IMG/VR virus record: IMGVR_UViG_3300026198_000003
DNA length: 37,748 nt
Source of the DNA: a virus
Strand: one strand, 5' to 3'
Made by a program: the position numbers and the translations under genes. This document shows, piece by piece, positions 7,472 to 16,472 of this stretch (positions within the stretch are counted from its first letter, which is position 1; the number at the start of each line of letters is the position of its first letter). The notes beneath the pieces are model-generated. The model was not told the origin of the DNA. It worked only from the letters and a program-made list of their open reading frames with translations, and ran no database searches.

Positions 7472-9441
7472 CACGAATCATACAGGGCGATTGCCTCGAC
7501 GTCATGCGCGAGATGGAGCCGGCGAGCGTCGACGCCATCGTGACCGATCCGCCGTACGGCCTCAACTTCATGGCCCGCGACTGGGACCACGGCGTGCCCG
7601 GCGAACGCTACTGGATCGAGGCGCTGCGAGTGGCGAAGCCCGGCGCCCATCTGCTCGCCTTCGGCGGGACGCGGACCTTTCACCGGCTGACCTGCGCGAT
7701 CGAAGATGCCGGATGGGAGATCCGCGACTGCCTCGGCTGGATCTATGGCTCGGGCTTCCCGAAGTCGCTCGACGTCTCGAAGGCTATCGATAAGGCAAAC
7801 GGGCGCCGATTTGAAGATCGGTACGCACTCGGGCGACATATCCGTCAGATGCGAGAGGCCGCCGGACTGTCCCGCACCGATGTCAATGCGTGGTTTGGGT
7901 ACGTCGATGGTTGCGAGCATTGGGAGCGGCAGGATCCCCACGGTGCCCGCGTTCCGACATCGAGCGATTGGGCGATCCTGAAGGGGCGTCTCGAGCTCTC
8001 TGACGAGTTCTCCCCGCTCGTCGAGCGCGCAGAAGCCGAGCGCGAGAAGATCGCATCTGTGAACGGATCGCGCCTCGCCGTTGCGCCCGGACAAGGGGCT
8101 GATCGGGGGGCGTGCGCTCTCGACATCACCGCCCCAGCGACCGACGCGGCCCGCGAGTGGTCGGGATGGGGCACGGCCCTGAAGCCGGCAGTCGAGTACG
8201 TCATCATGGCGCAGAAGCCGATTGGAGGTGAAAGGGAACAGTATATAACAGTTGGGAACCTATATAAAGTAGAGGTTCGGCTGTGGTTACTGTTACGTGC
8301 GAGTGTTGCGGGCGAGAGTTCGACGTTAAGCCCGGACGAGTACGGCGAGGCGTTCGCTTCTGCTCAATGGACTGCCTCAGAACTGCAAAGTACACTGGCA
8401 GATTTACGCGATCTGACGGATACGTCGCGGTTAGAGTCGGCGATACGTACGACCTTGAACACCGTGTCGTCATGGCGGAGCACTTGGGAAGAAGCCTTGA
8501 GCCGTGGGAGCAGGTTCATCACCGAAACGGCAACCGGGCCGATAATCGACTCGAAAACCTTGAACTCCTCAGCGTCGGCGCTCACACCGCAAGACATCAT
8601 CCGGGCCGCGATTCTTCGACCTGGCTCATGGTGGAGTGCCATACCTGCGGCAAACATTTTGAACGCCGCCGCCACGAGGATGCGCGGCACCCTCGACATT
8701 TCTGCTCTAGAGAGTGCTATCGAAAAGGGGCACATCTCACGCCCGGGCGGTCTCGACCCGACCGTCTCGTTTAGGCCGATCATCCTCGCCCGCGCACCGC
8801 TCGCCGGCACCGTCGCCGCGACCGTCTGCGAGCACGGGACAGGGGCGCTCAATATCGACGCCTGCCGGGTTGCATCGGACGATGACACAACGACACGTCA
8901 CAACTCCTCCTCCTCCTCCTATATGACGGGGCGGATCGGGGAGCGGCAACCGATCCAAGAGACGTATACGACGGGCAGCACGTTCGGCCGATGGCCCGCG
9001 AACCTGATCCACGACGGCAGCGACGAGGTTGTCGACATCTTCCCGATGCAGTCGGGCGGCGGGCAACCGAAGCGGCGCGGTGAGGCGGCGATGCAGAAAT
9101 CATATAGCGGGTTCGCCGGGGGGGATGCTACGCCCGGCGTCGGCCGTTCGTCCGGTTCGGCGGCCCGGTTCTTCTACTGCGCGAAGGCGTCGAGAGCGGA
9201 GCGCGGCGAGGGCAACGTTCACCCGACGGTCAAGCCGCTCGCGCTCATGCGCTACCTCTGCCGGCTCATCGCGCCGCCCGGCGGGCTCGTCCTCGACCCG
9301 TTCGCCGGCTCGGGCTCGACCCTGATCGCCGCCGTCGCCGAGGGCTTCGAGGCGGTCGGGATTGAGAGAGAGGCGGCATACGCTGAGATCGCCCGGCAAC
9401 GGTTCGGGCCGCTCGACCAATTCGCTGAGGCTACACCATGA
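7465..9441 (+). CDS. DNA methyltransferase (N6-A/N4-C, beta-class order), interrupted by a ~550 bp insert
   Basis: IVTDPPYG (motif IV) lies near the N-terminus, with NVHPTVKP and [10 protein letters not shown] (motif I) near the C-terminus. The ATG overlaps the end of TerL. Confidence 0.85.
   Translation: MVARIIQGDCLDVMREMEPASVDAIVTDPPYGLNFMARDWDHGVPGERYWIEALRVAKPGAHLLAFGGTRTFHRLTCAIEDAGWEIRDCLGWIYGSGFPKSLDVSKAIDKANGRRFEDRYALGRHIRQMREAAGLSRTDVNAWFGYVDGCEHWERQDPHGARVPTSSDWAILKGRLELSDEFSPLVERAEAEREKIASVNGSRLAVAPGQGADRGACALDITAPATDAAREWSGWGTALKPAVEYVIMAQKPIGGEREQYITVGNLYKVEVRLWLLLRASVAGESSTLSPDEYGEAFASAQWTASELQSTLADLRDLTDTSRLESAIRTTLNTVSSWRSTWEEALSRGSRFITETATGPIIDSKTLNSSASALTPQDIIRAAILRPGSWWSAIPAANILNAAATRMRGTLDISALESAIEKGHISRPGGLDPTVSFRPIILARAPLAGTVAATVCEHGTGALNIDACRVASDDDTTTRHNSSSSSYMTGRIGERQPIQETYTTGSTFGRWPANLIHDGSDEVVDIFPMQSGGGQPKRRGEAAMQKSYSGFAGGDATPGVGRSSGSAARFFYCAKASRAERGEGNVHPTVKPLALMRYLCRLIAPPGGLVLDPFAGSGSTLIAAVAEGFEAVGIEREAAYAEIARQRFGPLDQFAEATP
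8221..8775 (+). mobile_element. HNH-carrying insertion within the MTase gene (not an intein; host frame stays open)
   Basis: MTase-like sequence stops after EYVIMAQKP (8220) and resumes at [14 protein letters not shown] (8773). GC is locally lower (tatataaca, tatataaag). An HNH ORF sits in another frame. Confidence 0.6.
8283..8774 (+). CDS. HNH endonuclease ORF nested out of frame in the MTase gene
   Basis: GTG start with GAGG 7 nt upstream. [12 protein letters not shown]...[25 protein letters not shown] motif, with CECCG..FCSMDC and CHTCG..FCSREC ribbons. Confidence 0.8.
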   Translation: MVTVTCECCGREFDVKPGRVRRGVRFCSMDCLRTAKYTGRFTRSDGYVAVRVGDTYDLEHRVVMAEHLGRSLEPWEQVHHRNGNRADNRLENLELLSVGAHTARHHPGRDSSTWLMVECHTCGKHFERRRHEDARHPRHFCSRECYRKGAHLTPGRSRPDRLV

Positions 9442-10592
9442 AACTGAGAGACCGTATCAGACAACTCGTCGCGGGCCCCAAACCACAGCCCAAGGCGGCG
9501 GCATCGAGCGGCACCCGGCCGGACTACTTCCGAAAGTCGACGCGCGACACAGCGACGATGGCCCGGAACGCGGCGATCTACGAGTCCGGCGGGATCGTCA
9601 CGGCCGCCATCAAGGCGCCGGGGAGAACCGTCCTGTCGAACGGCTGGCGGCTCGACGGCGAAGAGGGCGCGGTCAAGCAGGTGCAGGCGGTCATCGACGC
9701 GATCGACTTCGAGACGCTGGTGTCCATGCTCGTCGATTACGCCTACGTCCACGGCAATGGGTTGGCCGAGATCGTCCCGTTGCGCGGCGGCGGGCTGACC
9801 GTCCAGCTCCGCGACCCGGCCCGGTTCCGGATCGAGCAGGACGCCTGGGGCAACATCGTCGGGTATCGGTTCGTGCAGGAAGACACGTTCGACGACTCCC
9901 GCGGCCCCCTGCTCCTGCCGGAGGAGATGATCGACCTCAACCTCGACCCGGTGCCGAACTCGCCCTACGGCCGCTCCCTCGTGTCCGTCTGCATCGACGA
10001 GATCCTGAGAGATGCCAAGACCAACGAAGGGCTCGCGAAGGCGATCGAGAGGCATGGATTCCCGAAGTACCATGTCGGCGTCGGGCAACCGGGCGAACAG
10101 GTGCCGGAGGCGGACCTGGAGGGGCTGCGGAAAGAGTTCGAGAACCTCAGCAGCAAGAACGAGTTCATCACGGGCCCCGACATCAAGATCTCGACAATCG
10201 ACGCGACGGGGATCAACAACTCGTCCCAACTCGACAACGTCTTTTCGTCCCGGCTCTGCGCCGCGCTCGGCGTGCCGCCCGAACAGATCGGGCTCGACGC
10301 GACGGGATCGACGGAGGCGACAGCGAACGTCCGGTTCAGGGCGTGGTACGACCGGATCGCGGCCCTCCAGCGCGTGATCGCGACGACCCTCAGCCGGCAA
10401 CTCTTCGACCGGATCACGGGCCGACCCGGCGCCTGCTGGATCGTCTTCGAGGACCCGTCGCCGGAGGACATGGCGAAGAAAGCCGAATGGATCGCGAAGA
10501 TCATGGCCGCGACGCCGATGGACCCGTTCGCCGTGCTGCCGCAGGAGTGGATTCAACAGCAGTTCGGCATCGACCCGACGGGGGCGGACTGA
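9438..10592 (+). CDS. Portal protein
   Basis: 384 aa. Positioned after the terminase/MTase genes and before the MuF-like gene. Composition and length are portal-like. ATGA coupling to the upstream gene. Confidence 0.75.
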   Translation: MKLRDRIRQLVAGPKPQPKAAASSGTRPDYFRKSTRDTATMARNAAIYESGGIVTAAIKAPGRTVLSNGWRLDGEEGAVKQVQAVIDAIDFETLVSMLVDYAYVHGNGLAEIVPLRGGGLTVQLRDPARFRIEQDAWGNIVGYRFVQEDTFDDSRGPLLLPEEMIDLNLDPVPNSPYGRSLVSVCIDEILRDAKTNEGLAKAIERHGFPKYHVGVGQPGEQVPEADLEGLRKEFENLSSKNEFITGPDIKISTIDATGINNSSQLDNVFSSRLCAALGVPPEQIGLDATGSTEATANVRFRAWYDRIAALQRVIATTLSRQLFDRITGRPGACWIVFEDPSPEDMAKKAEWIAKIMAATPMDPFAVLPQEWIQQQFGIDPTGAD

Positions 10593-10595
10593 CCC

Positions 10596-11357
10596 GTGTG
10601 CTCCCGCTGCCTCGCGGCATCCTTCCGGCCGAAGACGGACCCGACGATGAGCCGGAAGATCGAAGCCCGGTACGAACGGCTCTTGCTCCCGCTGTTCGAC
10701 ACCTTCGAGCGGAAGGCCGTCGCCGCGTTCGAGTCGCACGCCCGCGAACTGGCCGCACCCGTCGTCGGCATCGACCTCGAATGGCTGCGGGTGTGGCTGG
10801 ATAAGACGATCGAGGAGGTCGTCATCAAGCCGTCGCGGGAGAAGCAAGGGGAGATCGTCAAGCGGGCGTACCGGCAGGGCGTGACATGGGCCGACACCAA
10901 CCTCGCGGCGCTCACCACCGGCGCGAAGCTGACGCCGGGCCCCATCGACTGGCGGGCGCTCGACGTGCTGAAGGCCCGGAACGTCTCGGCGCTCAAGGGC
11001 GTCACCGACGAGATGGGCAAGCAGATCATCGCCTCCCTGACCGAGGGGCTGATGGGGGGCGAGGGCGTCCCGAAGCTGGCCCGGCGGATCGCCGAGCGGG
11101 TCGACGCCATCGGGCGGACGCGGGCCGAGACCATCGCGAGGACGGAAACGATGTACTGCGTGAACGAGGGCTCGAAGATCCGGTATGCACAGGCCGGCGT
11201 CTCGAAGATCCGCATTCTCGTGGGTCTTGATGAACGCACCTGCGGCGAGTGCGAGCCCCTGCACGGCAACGTCTACGAGATCGGGTCGGAGCCACAACTC
11301 CCCATACATCCCCGGTGCCGCTGTTGCTACTCGCCTGTTGTGGAGGTGCCGAAGTAA
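10596..11357 (+). CDS. Minor head protein (SPP1 gp7 / Mu F-like)
   Basis: The C-terminal pattern RTRAETIARTE...DERTCGECEPLHG...PIHPRCRC is typical of the Phage_Mu_F family. The start is GTG 10596 or ATG 10647. Confidence 0.8.
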   Translation: MCSRCLAASFRPKTDPTMSRKIEARYERLLLPLFDTFERKAVAAFESHARELAAPVVGIDLEWLRVWLDKTIEEVVIKPSREKQGEIVKRAYRQGVTWADTNLAALTTGAKLTPGPIDWRALDVLKARNVSALKGVTDEMGKQIIASLTEGLMGGEGVPKLARRIAERVDAIGRTRAETIARTETMYCVNEGSKIRYAQAGVSKIRILVGLDERTCGECEPLHGNVYEIGSEPQLPIHPRCRCCYSPVVEVPK

Positions 11358-11566
11358 TGGCATCCGGCAAACCGCTCCATGCGGTCGAGAAGCGCGTGAT
11401 TGAGCAGATGCAGGATGAGAAGTTCCCGGCCATCATCGCCCGGCACCTGACCATGAACTACTCGCAGTACAACGGGGGCAGCCGGGCCACGTCGACCGTG
11501 CAGGCGTATATCCGCACCCTCCGGCGCGCGGCCGAGAAGAAGGCTCAGGTTAAAAAGATTGCTTAA
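11357..11566 (+). CDS. Hypothetical small basic protein
   Basis: The ATG overlaps the upstream TAA. 69 aa. Last gene before an AT-rich terminator/promoter gap. Confidence 0.5.
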   Translation: MASGKPLHAVEKRVIEQMQDEKFPAIIARHLTMNYSQYNGGSRATSTVQAYIRTLRRAAEKKAQVKKIA

Positions 11567-11633
11567 ATATAGTTTTCATCTTTTCCTCTGAGTTAACCAA
11601 ACTCAATTATTAGCCAAAGAATCAAATATCTAC
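11567..11633 (+). promoter_or_regulatory. AT-rich gap with oligo-T tracts (terminator-like) and a TATA-like box AATTATTA (11605-11612) about 25 nt upstream of ATG 11634
   Basis: gttttcatcttttcc T-runs come first, then a TATA-like box. There is no SD before ATG 11634, which fits a leaderless-type late promoter. Confidence 0.5.
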
Positions 11634-12509
11634 ATGCCCGGCGACGAACCGTCACCCGATGACCGAACGTTCCGCCGCGAGCTCCTCTTCGAACTCCCTT
11701 CTTCTTCCAATCTCGAACGCTCCGGTGACGCCCTGATCGTTCGTTCGGTAAAGCTGCTGGCGGCCGGGACGTGGACCGACAGCGCGGCCAAGACGCCGTG
11801 CTCGTACGGCACCGACGCCCTCCGCGAGTACGCCGGGAATTGGGCCGACTCGTCCCTCTGGTCACGGCACGCGGGCGGACAGCCCCGGACCATCAACCAG
11901 AAGGTCGGCCGGATCGAGAGCCCGCGCTTCGAGGATGACGCCGTGGTCGGCGACCTCGTCCTGCACGGGCTCCCGGGCACGGATTCTCCCGGCGCCATCG
12001 CGATGATCGAGGCCGGCGAGGCGGACTACTTCTCCGCCGAACTGACCGGCACCGAGCGGTGGAACGCCGAGCGGAAGCTGTACGAGATGCAGTCGATCAC
12101 GTTCCTGGGCGGCGCGGTCGTGAACCGCGGCGCCTGCTCGACGTGCACCCTGCGCCACAATGAATCCGGAGAGGAGCCGGGCGAATCGCCCGCGGCATGT
12201 GCGACAGACGACCCCACAGAGGACACTATGACAGCAGAACTTGAGGCAAAGATTGCCGAACTCGAAACCGCCAACGCGGACCTGGTCCGCCAGCTTGGCG
12301 AGGCAACGGAGACGAACACGAAGATCGCGGCCGACGTGGACGCGCTCCGCGACGAGATGCGCGAGCTCGAGGGCATCAAGGCCCGCCTGCTCAAGATCGA
12401 GCAGACGCCGCTCCCGAAGGCCGGCGCCCCCGCCGAGCCGGCGCGTGAGCTCTCGGTCCCGTCCGGGCTCGTGATCACGAAGACCGAGATTTACCGGGAG
12501 GTCCAGTAA
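11634..12509 (+). CDS. Prohead protease (HK97/S78-like) fused to a coiled-coil scaffold region
   Basis: SRHAGG...VGRIES..FEDDAVVGDLVL...GEADYFSAEL resembles the S78 His/Ser blocks. The C-terminal half is a heptad-like E/L/A-rich coiled coil. It lies upstream of the MCP. Confidence 0.65.
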   Translation: MPGDEPSPDDRTFRRELLFELPSSSNLERSGDALIVRSVKLLAAGTWTDSAAKTPCSYGTDALREYAGNWADSSLWSRHAGGQPRTINQKVGRIESPRFEDDAVVGDLVLHGLPGTDSPGAIAMIEAGEADYFSAELTGTERWNAERKLYEMQSITFLGGAVVNRGACSTCTLRHNESGEEPGESPAACATDDPTEDTMTAELEAKIAELETANADLVRQLGEATETNTKIAADVDALRDEMRELEGIKARLLKIEQTPLPKAGAPAEPARELSVPSGLVITKTEIYREVQ

Positions 12510-12980
12510 ATGGCAAACACAATCCCGGTCGGATTCGACCCCAAGCCCCGGCGCATCGGCGTCACGGGCACGTACATCGCCGCGAGCACGATTCTCGCGG
12601 GGCAGATCGTCGCGTTCGCCGCGAGCGGTGTGAGCAGGACCGTGGCCCCCGCGACCTCGTCCCTCGGCTCGCCCGTCGGCGTGGCCGCCTACGGCGCTGC
12701 CGCGGGGGAGTCGTTCCTCGTCTACGGCAACGGCTGCGAGGTCAAGGTCGAGCTCTCCGCCGACAACGGCACCGCCGACGCGGGCGACTGGCTCGGCGTC
12801 TCGACCGTCGCCGGCTGCGCCATCGTCCAGGACGGCGCGATCGCCGCCCACAACAGCGAGGGCACCGGCCTCTTCCCGATCGGCCAGTGCCAGGAAGACA
12901 TCGCCGCCGGAGCCTCCACCGTTGGCGGGAAGGGCTACGTCCTGCTGAACATGTCGCCGATCTGGACGGCGGCAACGTAA
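12510..12980 (+). CDS. Head decoration-type protein (DUF2190-like)
   Basis: Lies between the scaffold and MCP genes. The patterns ILAGQIVAF..SPVGVAAYGAAAGESFLVYGNG are typical of this small beta-protein family. Confidence 0.55.
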   Translation: MANTIPVGFDPKPRRIGVTGTYIAASTILAGQIVAFAASGVSRTVAPATSSLGSPVGVAAYGAAAGESFLVYGNGCEVKVELSADNGTADAGDWLGVSTVAGCAIVQDGAIAAHNSEGTGLFPIGQCQEDIAAGASTVGGKGYVLLNMSPIWTAAT

Positions 12981-12991
12981 GGTGACATGAC

Positions 12992-13957
12992 ATGACACAA
13001 CTTTTCAAGACCTACGCGAAGATCGGCCTCGAAGAGCCGAACGGCCGCGCCCTGCAGCGCATCGTCGAAACCATCCCGCGCGAACTCGGCACCGTCTACG
13101 ACGGCAAAATCGAGCCCGTCCGCGAACTGCTCCTCTCGACCGCGATCGAGTCGACGACCCTGCTCCAGACCGAGATGCACGCGACCGTGCTCGAGGGCGC
13201 GGAGCCGTGGAAGTGCATGCGGCAGGCGTGCACCGTCCTGCCCATGAAGGCGAACACCCTGACGATCCCGGTCGGCGAGGTCGGATCGTACGCTCCGGAA
13301 GTCGCGGAGGGCGCCGAGATCCCGATCAGCGATCAGGATTACACCGCCGTGACGCTGACCGCGAAGAAGTACGGCGTCCGCCCGATGATCACGGACGAGA
13401 TGGTCGCGGACGCGCTCTATCCCGTGATGGAGATGGAGATCCGGAAGGCCGGGGCCAAGCTCGAGAACACCCTGAACCAGATCGCCCTGACCAACCTGAT
13501 CGACAACACGTCGGCGAACGAGCACGACGCCTCAGGCTCGAACCTCGGGATCAAGGCGATCGCCACGGCGATAAAGCTCGTCAAGGCCGACGGGTTCATT
13601 CCGGACCGGATCGTCCTGCACCCCGACGCCGAGGCGCTGATCATGGCCGACTACATCCCCACGGGATACGTCGGCGCCGAGGCCGCGCAGAGCGGCAAGC
13701 TGCCGAACCTGCTCGGTCTCTCGCCGTTCATCACGAACGTGGCCGACGCCTCCTCGCAGACGTGGGAGTACAACAGCGACGGCGACATCGGGATGGTCGT
13801 CTTCGACTCCGGCAACTCGACCGTCATCGGTGAGCGGCAGCCGATCACGATCAAGCGGTACGAGGACATCGTCCGCCAGCTCCAGGGCGGGACCGTCTCG
13901 GCCCGGTGGGCCGTCGGCACGCTCCAGGCGAACGCGGGCTCACGCATCGAGTACTGA
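12992..13957 (+). CDS. Major capsid protein (HK97 fold)
   Basis: 321 aa in the canonical position. The sequence pattern (LTAKKYGVRPMITDEM, IVLHPDAEALI) is typical of HK97-family capsid proteins. Confidence 0.85.
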   Translation: MTQLFKTYAKIGLEEPNGRALQRIVETIPRELGTVYDGKIEPVRELLLSTAIESTTLLQTEMHATVLEGAEPWKCMRQACTVLPMKANTLTIPVGEVGSYAPEVAEGAEIPISDQDYTAVTLTAKKYGVRPMITDEMVADALYPVMEMEIRKAGAKLENTLNQIALTNLIDNTSANEHDASGSNLGIKAIATAIKLVKADGFIPDRIVLHPDAEALIMADYIPTGYVGAEAAQSGKLPNLLGLSPFITNVADASSQTWEYNSDGDIGMVVFDSGNSTVIGERQPITIKRYEDIVRQLQGGTVSARWAVGTLQANAGSRIEY

Positions 13958-13966
13958 GGCGCCCGC

Positions 13967-14206
13967 ATGGTCATCAGCACCCAGGGCAGCGGGAAATACC
14001 TCTCCCGCACATGGGCCGCTGACCGAGCGGACGCCGCCGGGAACCCGGGCGCCTACACCGCCGCCGAACTCGCGTGGCTCGAGGTGCCGGCCGGGCTCGT
14101 CCCGTCCGAGTACTTCCTCTCCGAGACGACGCCGGTCGACCCCGCGGGCGTCCCGACCGAGTACGACATCCGCGATCCGCGATACCGGCCGGAGGTGGGG
14201 ACGTGA
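13967..14206 (+). CDS. Hypothetical small protein
   Basis: A 79-aa ORF between the MCP and connector genes, with coding GC3. Confidence 0.5.
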   Translation: MVISTQGSGKYLSRTWAADRADAAGNPGAYTAAELAWLEVPAGLVPSEYFLSETTPVDPAGVPTEYDIRDPRYRPEVGT

Positions 14207-14583
14207 CCTACTGCACGACGGCGGAGCTCACGAACCTCACCGGCTCGACGCTCTCGACGCCGATCCTCACGGCCATCATCGAGCAGGGCGACCGGGAGAT
14301 TGACACCTACCTCGCGCCGTACGGCGTCGGGGCGGACGCGTCGGCGTGCAAGTCGGCATCGCTCGAACTGGCGAAGGCCGGCATCCTCGACCGGATGCGG
14401 CTCGACGGCACGCAGCCCGACCAGTCGACCGAGGGCGACTACTCGCAGACGGTCCAAATCGAATCGGCCATCAAGCGCCACCGGGCCGCCGCATTCGACA
14501 TCCTCGACCGCTACGTGTCCGCCGCGTCGGCCGCGTCGGCGAGCATCTCGAAGTACCACATCGTGAAGGTGAACGGCCGGTGA
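14203..14583 (+). CDS. Head-tail connector (gp6-like)
   Basis: GTGA overlap with the upstream gene. The N-terminal YCTTAELTNLTG...LTAIIEQGDREIDTYL pattern matches the gp6-like connector family. Confidence 0.6.
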   Translation: MTYCTTAELTNLTGSTLSTPILTAIIEQGDREIDTYLAPYGVGADASACKSASLELAKAGILDRMRLDGTQPDQSTEGDYSQTVQIESAIKRHRAAAFDILDRYVSAASAASASISKYHIVKVNGR

Positions 14584-15398
14584 GACTGCCGCACGTCTGC
14601 ACGATCCAGGCGGCCACCGCCGGCAAGGCCGACGCGTACGGCGAGACGGCCCCCGAGTGGTACGCGGCCACGGCCCCGATCGCGTGCCGGTTCTACTACT
14701 CGTCTCCGGGCGAGCAGTTCGGCCGGGACGTGTCGGGCACCGTGTTGAAGGACGCGCTCTCGCTCATGCTCCCGCCGTCGGCCGTGGCGTTGCTCGGCGG
14801 AGACCTCGCGCTCTCGTCCTGGCCCGCCTACGAGGCGACGGCCGCCGACGGTCTCGTGCTCGAGACCACTGCGACGGCCCCGCATTTCGTGGACCGGGAG
14901 CTCGCGGTCACGGCCGGGACGGACTACACCCTCTCGGCCCTCCTCGCGGCGCAGGAGCGGACCTACGCCTGCCTCCACGCCCTCGGGGAGACCGTCACCG
15001 CGTGGGCGTACTTCGACCTCACGGCCGGCACGGTCGGCGCTCATTCGGCCGACGCGACCGACCCGCAGTGCACCCCCGTCGACGGGGGGTTCCGGTGCTC
15101 GTTCGGCGTCAACAGTGGCGCGGACACGACCCTCGGGATCGGTGTCGCCCCGGCAACGGATGACGCCGACTGCTGGTCCGATGAGTACGCCGGGGACATC
15201 ACGAAGGGCATCTACTCATCGATCCCCGTGCTCGAGATCGGCGCATCGACCTTCCCGGCGGCCGGCGGCGAGTACCGGGTTGTGACCACGCAGAGCGGGT
15301 ATTCCGGTACGTACGCCGTCGACGCGATCCGCGTGCGGACGAACGGCCCCGGCGCGATCCACCACTACGAGGTAGCCCTCCGTGAGGTGCCGGCATGA
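14580..15398 (+). CDS. Head-tail adaptor/closure protein carrying an inserted ~140-aa jelly-roll-like module
   Basis: GTGA overlap with the upstream gene. The ends look adaptor-like (CTIQAA..KADAYGE..W...IACRFY at the start; GGEYRVVTT...HHYEVALREV at the end). The middle part is homologous to the N-terminus of the tail fibre 21914..25228. Confidence 0.6.
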   Translation: MRLPHVCTIQAATAGKADAYGETAPEWYAATAPIACRFYYSSPGEQFGRDVSGTVLKDALSLMLPPSAVALLGGDLALSSWPAYEATAADGLVLETTATAPHFVDRELAVTAGTDYTLSALLAAQERTYACLHALGETVTAWAYFDLTAGTVGAHSADATDPQCTPVDGGFRCSFGVNSGADTTLGIGVAPATDDADCWSDEYAGDITKGIYSSIPVLEIGASTFPAAGGEYRVVTTQSGYSGTYAVDAIRVRTNGPGAIHHYEVALREVPA

Positions 15399-15679
15399 CC
15401 GACGAGGACCTGCCCGTGACGCACCGAGAATGCGCCATGCGGCACCAGCTCGTCGAGCAGCGGTTCGGGACGCTCGAACGAGACATGAGCGACGTGAAGC
15501 GCGATGTCTCCGAGATCCGGGTGCAGCTCGGCGACATGCAGCGGGACTCCGTGGCGTTCTACACCGACGCCCGGCAGGCGCTCGTCTGGACGCTCCGCAT
15601 CACGGCGATCGTCCTGGTGCTCGTCGCGGCCGGCCGGGGGCTCGACCTCTCGTCGATCCTCACCGGGGGGATCATCTGA
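15395..15679 (+). CDS. Membrane-anchored coiled-coil protein
   Basis: Charged helical N-terminus followed by a TM helix (LVWTLRITAIVLVLVAAG). ATGA coupling on both sides. Confidence 0.55.
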   Translation: MTDEDLPVTHRECAMRHQLVEQRFGTLERDMSDVKRDVSEIRVQLGDMQRDSVAFYTDARQALVWTLRITAIVLVLVAAGRGLDLSSILTGGII

Positions 15680-16065
15680 TGGCCCGGATGACGCCGGAGC
15701 AGTTGAAGGCCCGGCTCGACAACCTCGCGATCAAGATCGTCCCGGCGGTCGCGGAGGGCATGAAGCTCGCCGCGGCCAACGTCGAAGGGCGGGCCAAGCT
15801 GAACTGCTCCCCGGGCTCGTCGCCGTACTACCGGGCCCCGTTCCAGACCGGGCACCTGCGGGCGAACATCAAGCACGACACCCAGATCACCGGCCGCACC
15901 GTCACCGGGCTCGTCGGCGACCCCGTCGAGTACGCCGAGGCCGTCCACGAGGGTACCTCGCGGATGCAGGGCCGGCCGTTCATTCTCGACGCGATCGTCT
16001 CGGAGCGCGAGACGACGGCGGCGATCCTCTCCGAGGCGCTCGGCGACGCGCTGGAGGACACGTGA
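15679..16065 (+). CDS. HK97 gp10-like tail/neck component
   Basis: FQTGHLRANI...VEYAEAVHEGT...GRPFILDA matches the gp10-family signature. Confidence 0.7.
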   Translation: MARMTPEQLKARLDNLAIKIVPAVAEGMKLAAANVEGRAKLNCSPGSSPYYRAPFQTGHLRANIKHDTQITGRTVTGLVGDPVEYAEAVHEGTSRMQGRPFILDAIVSERETTAAILSEALGDALEDT

Positions 16066-16466
16066 CCGTCGCCGTCACGGGCGCCATCATCACGGCGCTC
16101 AAGGCCAGTACGGCGCTCACGACGCTGCTCGGCGGGGAGTACGTCTACCCCCGGAGCCGGGAAGCCGTCGCGCAGGTGCCGGGCATCTACCTCACGACAA
16201 ACACGGAGACGTCCGCCACGCGCCCCGGCCATCTGGCATACGGCCACCGGGACAGCCGGCAGATCCTCCAGGTCGATTGCTTCGACGACGGCACGGCCGC
16301 ACAGGTCGATGCGATCGCCGACGCGGTCGATTCGGCCCTCTTCGCCTCGCCCGTCGCGAATACGCGCGGCTGGTCGAGGGTATCGCGATCCGAACAATTC
16401 GAGGAGGACACGGGCCGGCACCATGTCGCGCTCCGGTATGCGTTCTCCTACTCTCTTCAGGACTGA
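16062..16466 (+). CDS. Tail completion/terminator-type protein (DUF3168-like)
   Basis: GTGA overlap with the upstream gene. N-terminal ALKASTALTTLLGG..VYP pattern. Position just upstream of the tail tube gene. Confidence 0.5.
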   Translation: MTVAVTGAIITALKASTALTTLLGGEYVYPRSREAVAQVPGIYLTTNTETSATRPGHLAYGHRDSRQILQVDCFDDGTAAQVDAIADAVDSALFASPVANTRGWSRVSRSEQFEEDTGRHHVALRYAFSYSLQD

Positions 16467-16472
16467 TCTAAC

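Noticed and set aside
8221-8775. Group I intron or archaeal bulge-helix-bulge intron carrying the HNH gene in the MTase
   Set aside because: Only about 60 nt of the insert lie outside the HNH ORF, which is too little for a group I core. I could not find complementarity between the 5' and 3' junction sequences of the kind needed for a BHB motif. This cannot be fully excluded without RNA data.
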